Positions 1 through 8,407 of a stretch of DNA of 64,000 nucleotides are shown in pieces. A model generated the notes under the pieces. That model saw only the letters and a list, made by a program, of their open reading frames with translations, made no database searches and was not told the origin of the DNA. The stretch is taken from positions 28,596 to 92,595 of the IMG/VR virus record IMGVR_UViG_3300049139_000233; one strand, written 5' to 3'. Numbering within the stretch: the stretch's first letter is position 1; every line of letters begins with the position of its first letter. The translations under genes were made by a program, and so were the position numbers. Source of the DNA: a virus.

Positions 1-1833
1 GCCGCCGTCCTCGCGCCAGATCTTGTCGATCCGGCCCACGTTGACGGCGATGGTGCGGGGCTCGCCGCCGTGGCTGTCCTCCTTGTTCCAGCGCAGCGGC
101 AGCGGCAGGTCTGCCCACGTCAGGGCCTCGGGCTTGAACTCGCGGCCGTCGCCGGTCTCGATGCCCTCCACGGTGAGCGGGCCGCGCCACGGCGCGGTCT
201 CGCCGTCGGCGCCGATCTCCGCAGCCGGCCGCCCCTCCACCTCCAGAGCATCGGCCGCCGCACCGTGGGCCAGGGTCTCGGCCTGTCCGGCCGCCTTGGC
301 CTCACCCGTCTTGACGCATTCGCCGTCGGGGCCCGGTTCCATGCCGGGAGGGCACTGCGCCCCCTCGTCCTGGTTCTCCTTCAGCCGCTTGTCCGCCGGC
401 GTGCCGGGGTTCGGCTCGCCCTTGGCCAGGGCTTCGGTCGCTTCGGTCGTCATGACCTGCTCTCCTTCCGCCGCGTCCAGTGCGGCCGGTTCGGTGTCGG
501 CACTCGCCGTGGTCGCCGTGCTCCTGACCTCCTGCCAGACGGCGACGATGAAGCCCCGGCACGCGTTGCCGTAGCGGGCCCCGGTGCAGTCCCGGTAGCC
601 CATGACCGGGTACTCGGCCACGGCGGCGTCCAGGGTCGTGAATGTGCGGCCGTCGATCGCCTTGCAGGGGCCGCACGTCCGGCTGTCCAGGATCTCGGAG
701 GCGACGTAGCTGGACGCGGGCGGAGCGGCCGTCATCACCGCGTGCCGCCCCGCGTTCTGCGCGGCCGTCATCGCCTGGCCGACGGACGCGCGCACCGTGG
801 TGTCGTCCACCGTGGACAGCTCGCGGTCCACTTCGGCGGCCACCTGCTCCGACGGGGCGGACGTGCGCAGCAGCCCGGACAACTTCCGCTTGGCGGCCGT
901 CAGCAGCGCGCCGGACATCAGGTCGCTGGCCAGCTCGGCGACGGAGACCAGCAGGCGCCGGCCGGTGAGCGCCGCCGTGACCGCGTCCTCGTCGCCGTCG
1001 GGCAGCGACCAGTCCGGCACACGCACGCCCTGCGCCTCGGCCTCGCGCTGGCAGGCCCGGCCCGCCTTGACCGCGAACTCCTCCATCAGGCTGACCAAGG
1101 TGGCGGTCGCCGCCTGCCGGTCCAGGGACAGCTCCAGCAACGCGTCCAGGTCGTCGTCGGCCAGGTCCCGAGTGATCTGCTGCCGCAGGTCCAGGCGCCA
1201 CGCGGCCGTGACGGACCGCAGCGCGCGCAGGGCCCCGGCCGTCGCCGCCTCCCACTCCGCGTGCACCCCGGCGAAGTCGGCGCGGCTGGCCTCCTCCAGC
1301 TCGGTCGGCTCGCGGCGCAGCGGCCCGGCGGCGGCCGTGACCGGGTCGCCGGTCAGCGGGATGTCGTGGTCCTCGTCGCCGAAGGAGACGCGGATCCGGT
1401 CGAACGTCACCGGGCCCAGTCGCTGCTCCAGCTCGGGCAGGAACGCGGGGTCGTCGCTGTAGGCGGCGCAGACGTGGGCGACCCAGGGGGTGTGCTGCTC
1501 GGGGACGTTCGCGGCCGTGGCCCACACAGCTTCCTCGGCCATCTCGTGCGCGGCGCTCAGCGACACCCCGTCAGGGAGATTCCCGACGGACCACACCCAG
1601 GACGGCTCGTCGCCGTCACCGTTCCAATGCGCAGCGCCGAACACCTTGGCCGTGATGGGTGGCAGATCCCGGGACAGCATCCGCATCTCCTCCACCAGGG
1701 CCGTGCGCGCGTCGGCGTCGTGTGCGTCCGTTTTGCCCAAGTAGTAGAGCGTGCAGTGCAGTTCCTCGGCCGGCTCGCCGCCGGGTATCGCCAGACGCTC
1801 GGCGTCCTCGGGCGTCGGCATGAGGGCGATCAT
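1..1833 (-). CDS. MuF-like head morphogenesis + prohead (capsid maturation) protease fusion protein; C-terminus lies beyond the window edge
   Basis: Not in the ORF track because no stop occurs before position 1. My own translation from ATG 1833 gives MIALMPTPEDAERLAIPGG..., with 611 codons open. It has the MuF-type motif ILDSRTCGPCKAIDGRTF. An in-frame internal GGAGAG-N6-ATG at 453 is followed by a protease-like segment, PLTVEGIETGDGREFKPEALTWADLPLPLRWNKEDSHGG. The gene lies directly downstream of portal. Confidence 0.6.
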   Translation of the reverse strand, partial: MIALMPTPEDAERLAIPGGEPAEELHCTLYYLGKTDAHDADARTALVEEMRMLSRDLPPITAKVFGAAHWNGDGDEPSWVWSVGNLPDGVSLSAAHEMAEEAVWATAANVPEQHTPWVAHVCAAYSDDPAFLPELEQRLGPVTFDRIRVSFGDEDHDIPLTGDPVTAAAGPLRREPTELEEASRADFAGVHAEWEAATAGALRALRSVTAAWRLDLRQQITRDLADDDLDALLELSLDRQAATATLVSLMEEFAVKAGRACQREAEAQGVRVPDWSLPDGDEDAVTAALTGRRLLVSVAELASDLMSGALLTAAKRKLSGLLRTSAPSEQVAAEVDRELSTVDDTTVRASVGQAMTAAQNAGRHAVMTAAPPASSYVASEILDSRTCGPCKAIDGRTFTTLDAAVAEYPVMGYRDCTGARYGNACRGFIVAVWQEVRSTATTASADTEPAALDAAEGEQVMTTEATEALAKGEPNPGTPADKRLKENQDEGAQCPPGMEPGPDGECVKTGEAKAAGQAETLAHGAAADALEVEGRPAAEIGADGETAPWRGPLTVEGIETGDGREFKPEALTWADLPLPLRWNKEDSHGGEPRTIAVNVGRIDKIWREDGG

Positions 1834-1891
1834 GCAGCCCTGCGTGTGCGAGCCGTCGGCGGCGGCCGTCAGCGTCGGCGGGTGCGGGTGG

Positions 1892-3733
1892 TCACTGTGC
1901 GGGGGCACGGCCGGTCACCGCCCTCGGCCGCAGAGACGTGGAGATCATGGCGGTGGTGTCGGCGTAGGGGCTGCGGCCGTCGATGACCAGCCGGCCGAAG
2001 GCGTCCAGGTGGCACAGGTACGTGCCGCTGCTGCCCGGCCGGACCGACGGCGCCGCCGTGGCGACCGCGTGCGTGAACGGGCACGAGTACTCGTGCTCAC
2101 CGCAGATGCCCGGGTGGAGCAGGTCCCACCGGCCGGCCGCGCCGACGCGCAGCATGTGCTGCGTGCGGGCCTGCTGCACGAGACGCTGAGCCCGCTCGGC
2201 CGTCGCCTGCTGCGCCGGCGGGCCCGTCTCGTCCTGCGTCGGCGGCGGTTCGTCGCCCCGGGCCGGCCGCGCCGGTGCGGCCTCCTCGGACGACTGCTCG
2301 CCTCCGGGCGGCGGAGTGTTGCCCTGCTGCACGGCCTCGGCGGTGCCAGGGTCCTGCGGGGAGACGGGGACGATCTGCGGGACGTCCTCGCCGATGAGCT
2401 GTGCGAGGGCGGACGCGGCGCCCGACGGCAGGGTGTGGATGATGACCTTGAGAGCCTGCTCTTTCAGGTCGTCGTCCGTCGGCTTGTCCGCCTCGCTGAA
2501 CCCCAGCTCCCGGCGGTACGCCTCGCCGGATATCTCCAGCCGGTCGTACGCCAGCGTCGCGTTGCCGCTCCGGTCCGGCCGCAGGGCCAGCTCGGACATG
2601 TCGTACCAGACGACCCAGGCGGAGGGGTCCTCGCCGGACGCGTCCAGCCGGGGCTGGAGGTAGCCGCGTGTGAGGGCGTCGCAGATCAGCTCGACGGTGG
2701 GCGCGATGTGCGTCTTCAGCGCGCCCTCTTCCAACTGCCAGGCAGACCAGTGGTTGACGTCGCCCATGCCCAGCAGCACTTCGGCGGGCATGTCCAACTT
2801 GGTGGCCAGACGCTTGATCGCGCTGTCGCGCTTCTCGATGATCTTCTCATCGATCTTCAGGGTGAAGTCGACGTGCTTGACCTTGTCCAGCGCATCGGCC
2901 GGGCCGACCAGCGGAATCGGCACGACGGCGGACGCGGTGCCCGGGTTCTGGATCGCGGTGGCCGCCACCTCGATCCACTCCGCCATCAGCGGGTTGGGCT
3001 CGTCGGCGAACTCGTCGCGGACCGGGAACGACAGCTCATCGGGGAGCAGCACCAGGCCCGCCGACGCGAGCCGTGACAGGTACTCGGACGTGATCTTCCG
3101 GTTGACCAGCTCCAGCTCCCGCATGATCTCCCGGGCGCTGCGGGCCGGGGAGTCTGCCATGTGGTAGAAGCGGTCGTGCGGTCGCCAGATACGCACCACG
3201 TGGTGGTCGTCGGCCAGCTCCCGCCAGTCCTGGCCGGTGGTGACGCTGTCCTCGTCCATCACCTGGTACCGGCCGGACTGGACGCGGATCTCGTCCACGG
3301 AGCGAACCTGCCAGCGCTCCGTTTTCCCCACGGTCTCGCCGACCAGGTAGCCCTCACCGGGCAGGGAGAGCTGAACGGCGATGCGTTTCATGAGCTGCGC
3401 CTGGCCGGCGACGCCGCCGCCAAGGCGCATCATCAGCTCGGCGGCCGTTCCGGTCGACACGATCTCGGGCTCGTCAGAGTCCGGGGTGATGCGTCCGGCG
3501 CGCAGGCGCACCCGGCTGAGCATGTTGCTGAACCACCACACACCGTAGTTGAACTCGCCCAGGGTCTCGTGGAACTGCCAGACCTCGTCCTGCCACTTCT
3601 CGGTGCGCCGCAGGAACTTGGTTTCGGGGCCGCGCGGCTCAGATGCAGCAGCGGTCAGGGCCTCGGGCTCGACGGCGGGCAGGGGCGCGGGCGCGTGGAC
3701 ACCTCGCCCCCGGAAAACGTCGTACCACGGCAC
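1892..3733 (-). CDS. portal protein (613 aa) with a Cys/His-containing C-terminal extension
   Basis: GTG start at 3733 preceded by GGGGAGG-N6. Size and position (upstream of MuF/protease) fit portal, as do core segments FHETLGEFNYGVWWFSNMLSRVRLRAGR and DVNHWSAWQLEEGALKTHIAPTVELI. A Pro/Glu-rich linker leads to the tail ICGEHEYSCPFTH...YLCHLDAFGRLVIDG. Confidence 0.8.
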   Translation of the reverse strand: MPWYDVFRGRGVHAPAPLPAVEPEALTAAASEPRGPETKFLRRTEKWQDEVWQFHETLGEFNYGVWWFSNMLSRVRLRAGRITPDSDEPEIVSTGTAAELMMRLGGGVAGQAQLMKRIAVQLSLPGEGYLVGETVGKTERWQVRSVDEIRVQSGRYQVMDEDSVTTGQDWRELADDHHVVRIWRPHDRFYHMADSPARSAREIMRELELVNRKITSEYLSRLASAGLVLLPDELSFPVRDEFADEPNPLMAEWIEVAATAIQNPGTASAVVPIPLVGPADALDKVKHVDFTLKIDEKIIEKRDSAIKRLATKLDMPAEVLLGMGDVNHWSAWQLEEGALKTHIAPTVELICDALTRGYLQPRLDASGEDPSAWVVWYDMSELALRPDRSGNATLAYDRLEISGEAYRRELGFSEADKPTDDDLKEQALKVIIHTLPSGAASALAQLIGEDVPQIVPVSPQDPGTAEAVQQGNTPPPGGEQSSEEAAPARPARGDEPPPTQDETGPPAQQATAERAQRLVQQARTQHMLRVGAAGRWDLLHPGICGEHEYSCPFTHAVATAAPSVRPGSSGTYLCHLDAFGRLVIDGRSPYADTTAMISTSLRPRAVTGRAPAQ

Positions 3734-3793
3734 GGCATACCTCCCCGGGTCGGATCGTGGGGCATGGTAGCCGCGATCATCCGAATAGCCGTT

Positions 3794-4525
3794 TTACGGA
3801 CGCCCTGGGCGGTACTGCTTGCCCGGCCCCCGCCGGCGGTTGTCGCGCTGCTCCTGCAACTCTCCGAAGGTCGCCCTGCCTTGGAGCCGGCGCAGGTGGC
3901 GGATGTTGTTCGCCGGGATGCCGACCCTCGGCGGGCCGTAGACGGCCAACAGGTCGGACTCCTCCTGCGAGGCGTAACCGGCCGCAGCGATGGCGTCCTC
4001 ATCGGGGAAGACGTCTGCGTGCCGGTCCTGATCGCGGTCGATGAGGTGGTCCTGCGTGCCGCCCAGGGAGTAGCACCACCTGAAGTTCCCTGGCGGGTCC
4101 GGTTCCACGCGCTCACGGAACAGGGCCACTTCCTTGGTGTACGCGTAGAAGGCGGTCGCGGGGGTGGCGCGGATGATCCGCAGCCAGGCGTCCAGGTACT
4201 CCGGGCTCAGGAAGTCGCCGCTGTCGTGGATGCGGACGTGGCGGTCCCGGTAGCGCGGGTGGGTCAGCTCCTCCGCCATCCGCCGTTCCCAGCCGGGCAG
4301 GTCATCGAGGATCATCGCGAGGTTGCTTTCGTGCGCGGCGAGGACGTTCGGGAAGCGGTAGGTCCCTGACCTGGCGTAACAGAGTTTCGCGCAGGAGCCT
4401 GCCGACGGGCAGGTGTTGTACGTCCGGCCGTCGGGGAGCCGGCCGGCCCACGCCGGCAGACTCCAGTTGAAGATGCCTTCGCGGCGCAGCTCGCTGTTCT
4501 GGCGCAGCAACCAGTCCCGGGACAC
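3794..4525 (-). CDS. conserved phage protein with Cys cluster (GP88-like, function unknown)
   Basis: Track ORF is 3794..4624. I prefer the GTG start at 4525 (AGGAGG-N5). The motifs FNWSLPAW...TCPSAGSCAKLCYA...IHDSGDF resemble the phage 'gene product 88' family from memory; this is unverified. Confidence 0.5.
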   Translation of the reverse strand: MSRDWLLRQNSELRREGIFNWSLPAWAGRLPDGRTYNTCPSAGSCAKLCYARSGTYRFPNVLAAHESNLAMILDDLPGWERRMAEELTHPRYRDRHVRIHDSGDFLSPEYLDAWLRIIRATPATAFYAYTKEVALFRERVEPDPPGNFRWCYSLGGTQDHLIDRDQDRHADVFPDEDAIAAAGYASQEESDLLAVYGPPRVGIPANNIRHLRRLQGRATFGELQEQRDNRRRGPGKQYRPGRP

Positions 4526-4672
4526 GCTGCCTCCTGCTGCCGTTCGCACGGGAGTCCCGCCGACCACCACAGCGACGGGACTCCCGCACCCCTGTGCACC
4601 CAGACCCGAGGAAGTCGGGGTCAACGGGCGGCACCATACGCGTGACGGGCGATATCACCTACTCGCACAGGA

Positions 4673-4722
4673 AAGCCCCGGGACTGGATGTCCCGGGGCT
4701 CACGAGGCGCGGTGGTCAGGCG
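4673..4722. repeat. 50-bp direct repeat, copy 1 (terminator + gene end)
   Basis: AAGCCCCGGGACTGGATGTCCCGGGGCTCACGAGGCGCGGTGGTCAGGCG; 48/50 identical to 5051..5100. Confidence 0.8.
4674..4700 (-). terminator. hairpin terminator
   Basis: AGCCCCGGGA-ctggatg-TCCCGGGGCT, downstream of stop 4716. Identical to the hairpin at 5052..5078. Confidence 0.6.
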
Positions 4723-4952
4723 CGGGCGAGGGCGTCCATCGCTTCCTGCTCGTTGGTCCACAGCCCGTCCGCGTCGGCGGGGTTGGTGACCAGCGCGTTG
4801 CGGATGTCGCGTGCGACGAAGAAGCCCGGGGTCTTCATCGGGAGGACGGCGCCCTTGTATTCCGTGCCGGCGTAAACGGCCTTGGCGAACGGGGTGATGG
4901 AGACGCGGTAAGCGGGGGTGGTGTCCGTGGCGGTGACGAAGCGAGTGTTCAT
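4716..4952 (-). CDS. hypothetical protein (78 aa), single-gene cassette
   Basis: The internal ATG at 4952 follows a SAS-like leader (GACCAAGGAATGAGGAACCGACC-ATG). There is a P-box upstream and a hairpin terminator downstream. Composition is balanced. Confidence 0.6.
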   Translation of the reverse strand: MNTRFVTATDTTPAYRVSITPFAKAVYAGTEYKGAVLPMKTPGFFVARDIRNALVTNPADADGLWTNEQEAMDALARA

Positions 4953-4998
4953 GGTCGGTTCCTCATTCCTTGGTCTGTCGGTCCGGTAACCCCGCCCC

Positions 4999-5040
4999 GA
5001 TGACTTAATTAAACCATAGTTCTCGTACCTGGACAACCCC
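4999..5040 (-). promoter_or_regulatory. P-box promoter/operator
   Basis: Minus strand reads GGGGTTGTCC-N12-TATGGTTTAATTAAGTCATC, 47 nt upstream of ATG 4952. Confidence 0.6.
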
Positions 5041-5050
5041 GGACACAACG

Positions 5051-5100
5051 AAGCCCCGGGACTGGATGTCCCGGGGCTCACGCGGCGCGGCGGTCAGGCG
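5051..5100. repeat. 50-bp direct repeat, copy 2
   Basis: AAGCCCCGGGACTGGATGTCCCGGGGCTCACGCGGCGCGGCGGTCAGGCG. Confidence 0.8.
5052..5078 (-). terminator. hairpin terminator
   Basis: The same 27-nt hairpin, downstream of the ATP-grasp stop at 5094. Confidence 0.6.
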
Positions 5101-6101
5101 TCTGCACCCCCTCGCTGCCACGCAGCCCCGGATGATGCGCGGTGGCCACCACCAGGGACGTAGACGTGGGTCGCGAGAGCGGTCTGCACGAGGTGGTCGG
5201 AGATGGCCCGCGCGATGACCATGCCGGTGGCGGCCTCCACGAACCCCCACTGGCCGGCCGGGTTCGCCTCCAGGAACCACCACGTGCCGTCCCGGTCGAC
5301 CGCGAAGTCCAGGGCCGCGTACTCCAGGTGCAGCTCGCGCATCAACCGCATGACCTTGTGGGCCAGCGGCTGGCTGAGCCCCACGGCCTCGAACCTCAGA
5401 CCGTCCTCGGGCACGGCCCGCCAGTCGAGCGCGTTGCCCGCAGTGATCCGGCACGGGAACATCCGGTCGCCGACCACGGTCAGCCGGATGTCGTACGCCT
5501 TGTCCACCGGCTGCTGGAAGTAGCACATGGACTGGCGCACGCTGTCGGCGCCTTCCTTGATCTCCCCGGCGGTCACCATCCGCGCCTGGACGAACCGGTC
5601 GGGGTGGGCCGTGAGCGTCTTGCACACGACCCGTCCGCCCTGCTCGCGGGCGAACTCGGCGGCCTGGGCCGGGTCGTTGGTGTACAGCGCCGGCGGGGTG
5701 CGGAAGCCGAGCGATGCGGCCAGCCGCAACTGCCGGGGCCCCGGCCGGGCCTGGAGAGCCCGGACGGGGTGGTTGACCCAGAGCACGTTGTCGAGGCCGT
5801 ACAAGAAGTCGTCCAGGATGACCCGGGACTCCTGCTGCTCCCACGTGCCGGGCGGCTCCGGGTGCCACCAGAACACCGACACGACCGACTGGGAGAGCGT
5901 GGTGCGGTGCTCGTCCTCAACCCGGAACCGCAGCGGTTCCCCGTCCGAAAGGCCCGTCATCCGCAGGACCCCCGGACGTGCGAGGTCTGCGGGGTCGATG
6001 CGGTGCACGACGACCTCGCGCTCCTGGATCTGCCGTATCACCAGGTCGGCACCGAGGTCGTCGGGCGCGGTGACCACGAGCACAGTCGGCGGGAGTGGCA
6101 T
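5094..6101 (-). CDS. ATP-grasp RiPP maturase (microviridin MdnB/MdnC-type, graspetide synthetase)
   Basis: The N-terminal segment VLVVTAPDDLGADLVIRQIQEREVVVHRIDPADL...VSVFWWH fits a leader-binding pre-ATP-grasp domain. Also present are LWVNHP...RQLRLAASLGFRTPPALYTNDP...VVCKTL and LDFAVDRDGTWWFLEANPAGQWGF. The start overlaps the stop of the upstream small ORF as ATGA. Confidence 0.8.
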   Translation of the reverse strand: MPLPPTVLVVTAPDDLGADLVIRQIQEREVVVHRIDPADLARPGVLRMTGLSDGEPLRFRVEDEHRTTLSQSVVSVFWWHPEPPGTWEQQESRVILDDFLYGLDNVLWVNHPVRALQARPGPRQLRLAASLGFRTPPALYTNDPAQAAEFAREQGGRVVCKTLTAHPDRFVQARMVTAGEIKEGADSVRQSMCYFQQPVDKAYDIRLTVVGDRMFPCRITAGNALDWRAVPEDGLRFEAVGLSQPLAHKVMRLMRELHLEYAALDFAVDRDGTWWFLEANPAGQWGFVEAATGMVIARAISDHLVQTALATHVYVPGGGHRASSGAAWQRGGADA

Positions 6102-6358
6102 CAGTCGTCGTCCTTCTTCAGTCCGGTGGCGTTGTGGGTCATGGTCGGGCCGACCAGCATGTACGAGGTCGAGAAATCGTCGTCCTTGCGGAACCCCTGG
6201 TGGTTGTGCGTGTGCGTGGTGGCCCGGATGTCGGCGACGTCCACCACGGCGTCACCGGACGAGGTGACGTTGAGCTGGCGGAGCGGGTCGTAGGTGAACG
6301 CAGGCGTCCGGTCGGCGGGCGGCGCGGGGGTCTCGGCGAGAAGCGCGAAGGCAGTCAT
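6101..6358 (-). CDS. putative graspetide precursor peptide (85 aa)
   Basis: Internal ATG at 6358 in track ORF 6101..6442. Leader: MTAFALLAETPAPP...AFTYDPLRQLNV. The C-terminal core is rich in Thr/Ser/Lys and Asp: HQGFRKDDDFSTSYMLVGPTMTHNATGLKKDDD. It is translationally coupled (ATGA) to the ATP-grasp gene. Confidence 0.6.
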   Translation of the reverse strand: MTAFALLAETPAPPADRTPAFTYDPLRQLNVTSSGDAVVDVADIRATTHTHNHQGFRKDDDFSTSYMLVGPTMTHNATGLKKDDD

Positions 6359-6450
6359 GAAGTAACCCTTCGAGTGGGGCCGTTCGGGCACGGCCCGTTC
6401 CTGTGTTCCGTGTTCCGTGCGCGTCGCCGGGCGGGTCGACAATCCCGGCG

Positions 6451-6494
6451 ATCATGGATTAATTAAACCATGGTTGTGTGATGCACGCAACCCC
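6451..6494 (-). promoter_or_regulatory. P-box promoter/operator of the graspetide cassette
   Basis: Minus strand reads GGGGTTGCGT-N12-CATGGTTTAATTAATCCATGAT. Confidence 0.6.
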
Positions 6495-6506
6495 TGAACA
6501 CGCCAA

Positions 6507-6534
6507 AGCCCCGGTGCCTTTCCGGCCCGGGGCT
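6507..6534 (-). terminator. hairpin terminator
   Basis: AGCCCCGG-N12-CCGGGGCT, downstream of the XRE gene stop. Confidence 0.55.
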
Positions 6535-6554
6535 CAGGGTTGGGTGGCAGCCGG

Positions 6555-7835
6555 TCACAGCCGCGCGGCCACCTGCTCGCGCAGCTCGGCGGCGGCCGGC
6601 GAGTCGGGGACCGACGGCAGCCGTGCAGCCACCGTGGCCAGGCCGTCGGAGATCTTCGTGGACTGAACGCCGGCGGAGCACTCCAGGAAGTCGGACCACG
6701 TCGCCAGCGCCTCGCCCGTGTTCCCCCGCTTGAGCTGCACGTGACCGAGGTCCGCCAGCACGATGGCGCGGGTACGCCGGCGGTCCAGACCGTGGATGTC
6801 CAGGGAGAGGTGCAGGTGCTCCTCGGCGGCGGCCAGGTCGCCGAGCCGGGCGAGGATCATCCCCGATTCGTGAGCCCACCGGCCGTGGCTGTAGTGGCTC
6901 GCCCACGACTGCCCCGGCGCGGCCGGTGCGTGCTCCATGGCGCCCTGCGCGGCGGACAGCATCCGAGCCGCCGTGGCACGGTCGCCGTCGGCGGCCTTCG
7001 CGCGGGCGAGCGTGTTGCGGTAGTAGGCCAGGGCCTTCGGGTTGTCCAGTCGCCGCCCGCGCTCCTCGCACGCCTCCGCCAGACGCACGGCGGTGGGGAC
7101 GTGGCCGAGGTCGATGGCCTGGTCCGCGAGACCGCGCAGCGCCGTCGCTGCCAGCTCGTTCTCCCCGGCCTCGGTGGCCAACCGCACGCTGTGCACGAGG
7201 TAGCGCTGGCTCAGCCCCACACTGCCCTCGTCCCGGGCCATCCACCCGATGAGGTGCACCAGTTCCGCCGTCGCCGCGAACAACTCGCGGCCGACCTTCT
7301 CGGTGTACTTCCCGTCCAGCCAGCGGCGAACGTCCTCGGTCAGGTAGCGCACGGCGAGGTGCCGCGCGTGCCCGCCGCCCAGCTCCGACGCCGCGTCGCC
7401 CAGGGTGCCGGTCATCGTGCGCACGGCGGAGACCTCGCCCATGCCGACGGCCACCGGCCCCGGGCGCGCCACGCGCCGGGTGACCGCGTCGGTGTCCGGC
7501 AGGTCGAGCGCTGCGAGCCCGGCGGCGGCCGACGCGGTCAGGAAAGTGCGGCGGTCCACGTCGTCTCCCCCAAGGGTCATCACAGAGGTCACGGTGTCGT
7601 CCGGGGCCGGGCTGTCTCCGCCCCGTGAGAGGTCCAGGCCCAGGGCCTGCTCGATGTACGGCAGCCATTCCACCGGCACGCGCCGGCCGGTCTCCCACCG
7701 GTACACCTGCTGACGGTCGCAGAACCCCCGGCTGCCCCAACGCAGTTCCGATAACTGGTCCGCGAGGGCGGCCTGGCTGCACCGTGGCCGCCGGGCCTCT
7801 CGGGCGGCGCGGATGCGTTCGCCGATTGTCGACAT
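6555..7835 (-). CDS. XRE-family HTH transcriptional regulator with TPR-like C-terminal domain (candidate phage repressor)
   Basis: N-terminal HTH: IGERIRAAREARRPRCSQAALADQLSEL...VYRWETGRRVP. A long helical repeat region follows (LGDLAAAEEHLHLSLDI..., LKRGNTGEALATW). ATG at 7835 follows AGACCGAGGAAACGAC. Confidence 0.8.
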   Translation of the reverse strand: MSTIGERIRAAREARRPRCSQAALADQLSELRWGSRGFCDRQQVYRWETGRRVPVEWLPYIEQALGLDLSRGGDSPAPDDTVTSVMTLGGDDVDRRTFLTASAAAGLAALDLPDTDAVTRRVARPGPVAVGMGEVSAVRTMTGTLGDAASELGGGHARHLAVRYLTEDVRRWLDGKYTEKVGRELFAATAELVHLIGWMARDEGSVGLSQRYLVHSVRLATEAGENELAATALRGLADQAIDLGHVPTAVRLAEACEERGRRLDNPKALAYYRNTLARAKAADGDRATAARMLSAAQGAMEHAPAAPGQSWASHYSHGRWAHESGMILARLGDLAAAEEHLHLSLDIHGLDRRRTRAIVLADLGHVQLKRGNTGEALATWSDFLECSAGVQSTKISDGLATVAARLPSVPDSPAAAELREQVAARL

Positions 7836-7869
7836 GTCGTTTCCTCGGTCTCTGGTCTGTGGTCCACAT

Positions 7870-7889
7870 CTGGCCTACGCCTGGCCTAC
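7870..7889. repeat. direct repeat CTGGCCTAC x2 (11-bp period) in the XRE divergent promoter region
   Basis: Copies at 7870..7878 and 7881..7889; a partial third copy, CTGGCAGCTAC, follows. Confidence 0.6.
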
Positions 7890-7959
7890 AGTCTGGCAGC
7901 TACTCCCGGACCGGGGCAGGGCGTTGACTGGTCATCACACGACGACTACGGAGGACAGC

Positions 7960-8340
7960 ATGCCCGGCACCCTCGCCCTTCCCACCTTGACGAAGACCGC
8001 CCGCCGCGCGGCGGAGATCCACGGCGCCTGGGCGGCCGACCCTGCGATGCCGGACGTCGCCGGGTGCATGGCCGACGCCGTCCGGGTCCTCGCCATCCGG
8101 GCCGCCGTGCACGAGACGACCGGCGACGCCAGTGCGGCGGCCCTCCCGGCGCCGGCGGCCGTGGAGCTGTCCGGCCGGCTGCTGGAGCGCCAGTTCCCCG
8201 AGCTGTCCCAGGTCGCGGAGCGCAGCGGACACGCCCTCGTCCACGGGGCCGACGGCGGCCGGTGGGAGCCCGGCGACTTCCTGCACCGCGTCTACGCCGA
8301 GGCGTTCGGCCCGGTGACGGGGCGGCACTGGCCGGTGTGA
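7960..8340 (+). CDS. hypothetical protein (126 aa), divergent from the XRE regulator
   Basis: Internal ATG at 7960 preceded by GGAGGA. Composition is balanced after this start and junk-like before it. Confidence 0.55.
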   Translation: MPGTLALPTLTKTARRAAEIHGAWAADPAMPDVAGCMADAVRVLAIRAAVHETTGDASAAALPAPAAVELSGRLLERQFPELSQVAERSGHALVHGADGGRWEPGDFLHRVYAEAFGPVTGRHWPV

Positions 8341-8355
8341 CAGCGGCCGGACAAC

Positions 8356-8397
8356 GGCGAAGCCCCGGGACCTGTGGTGGAGTCCCGGGGCTTCGCC
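8356..8397. terminator. bidirectional hairpin terminator
   Basis: 15-bp arms GGCGAAGCCCCGGGA / TCCCGGGGCTTCGCC, between convergent genes. Confidence 0.65.
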
Positions 8398-8407
8398 GTG
8401 CCTGCGG

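Noticed and set aside
1500-1833. 2H-phosphoesterase (LigT-like) domain at the N-terminus of the MuF/protease protein (LHCTLYYLG)
   Set aside because: Only one clear HxT motif is present. The second candidate is HVCA, not Hx(T/S)x. Evidence is insufficient without a profile search.
70-1986. 638-aa plus-strand ORF, and the 407-aa minus ORF 302..1525
   Set aside because: Both are Arg/Gly/Pro/Ala-rich, which is typical of off-frame ORFs in high-GC DNA. The third minus frame, open to the window edge, gives a sensible MuF/protease sequence.
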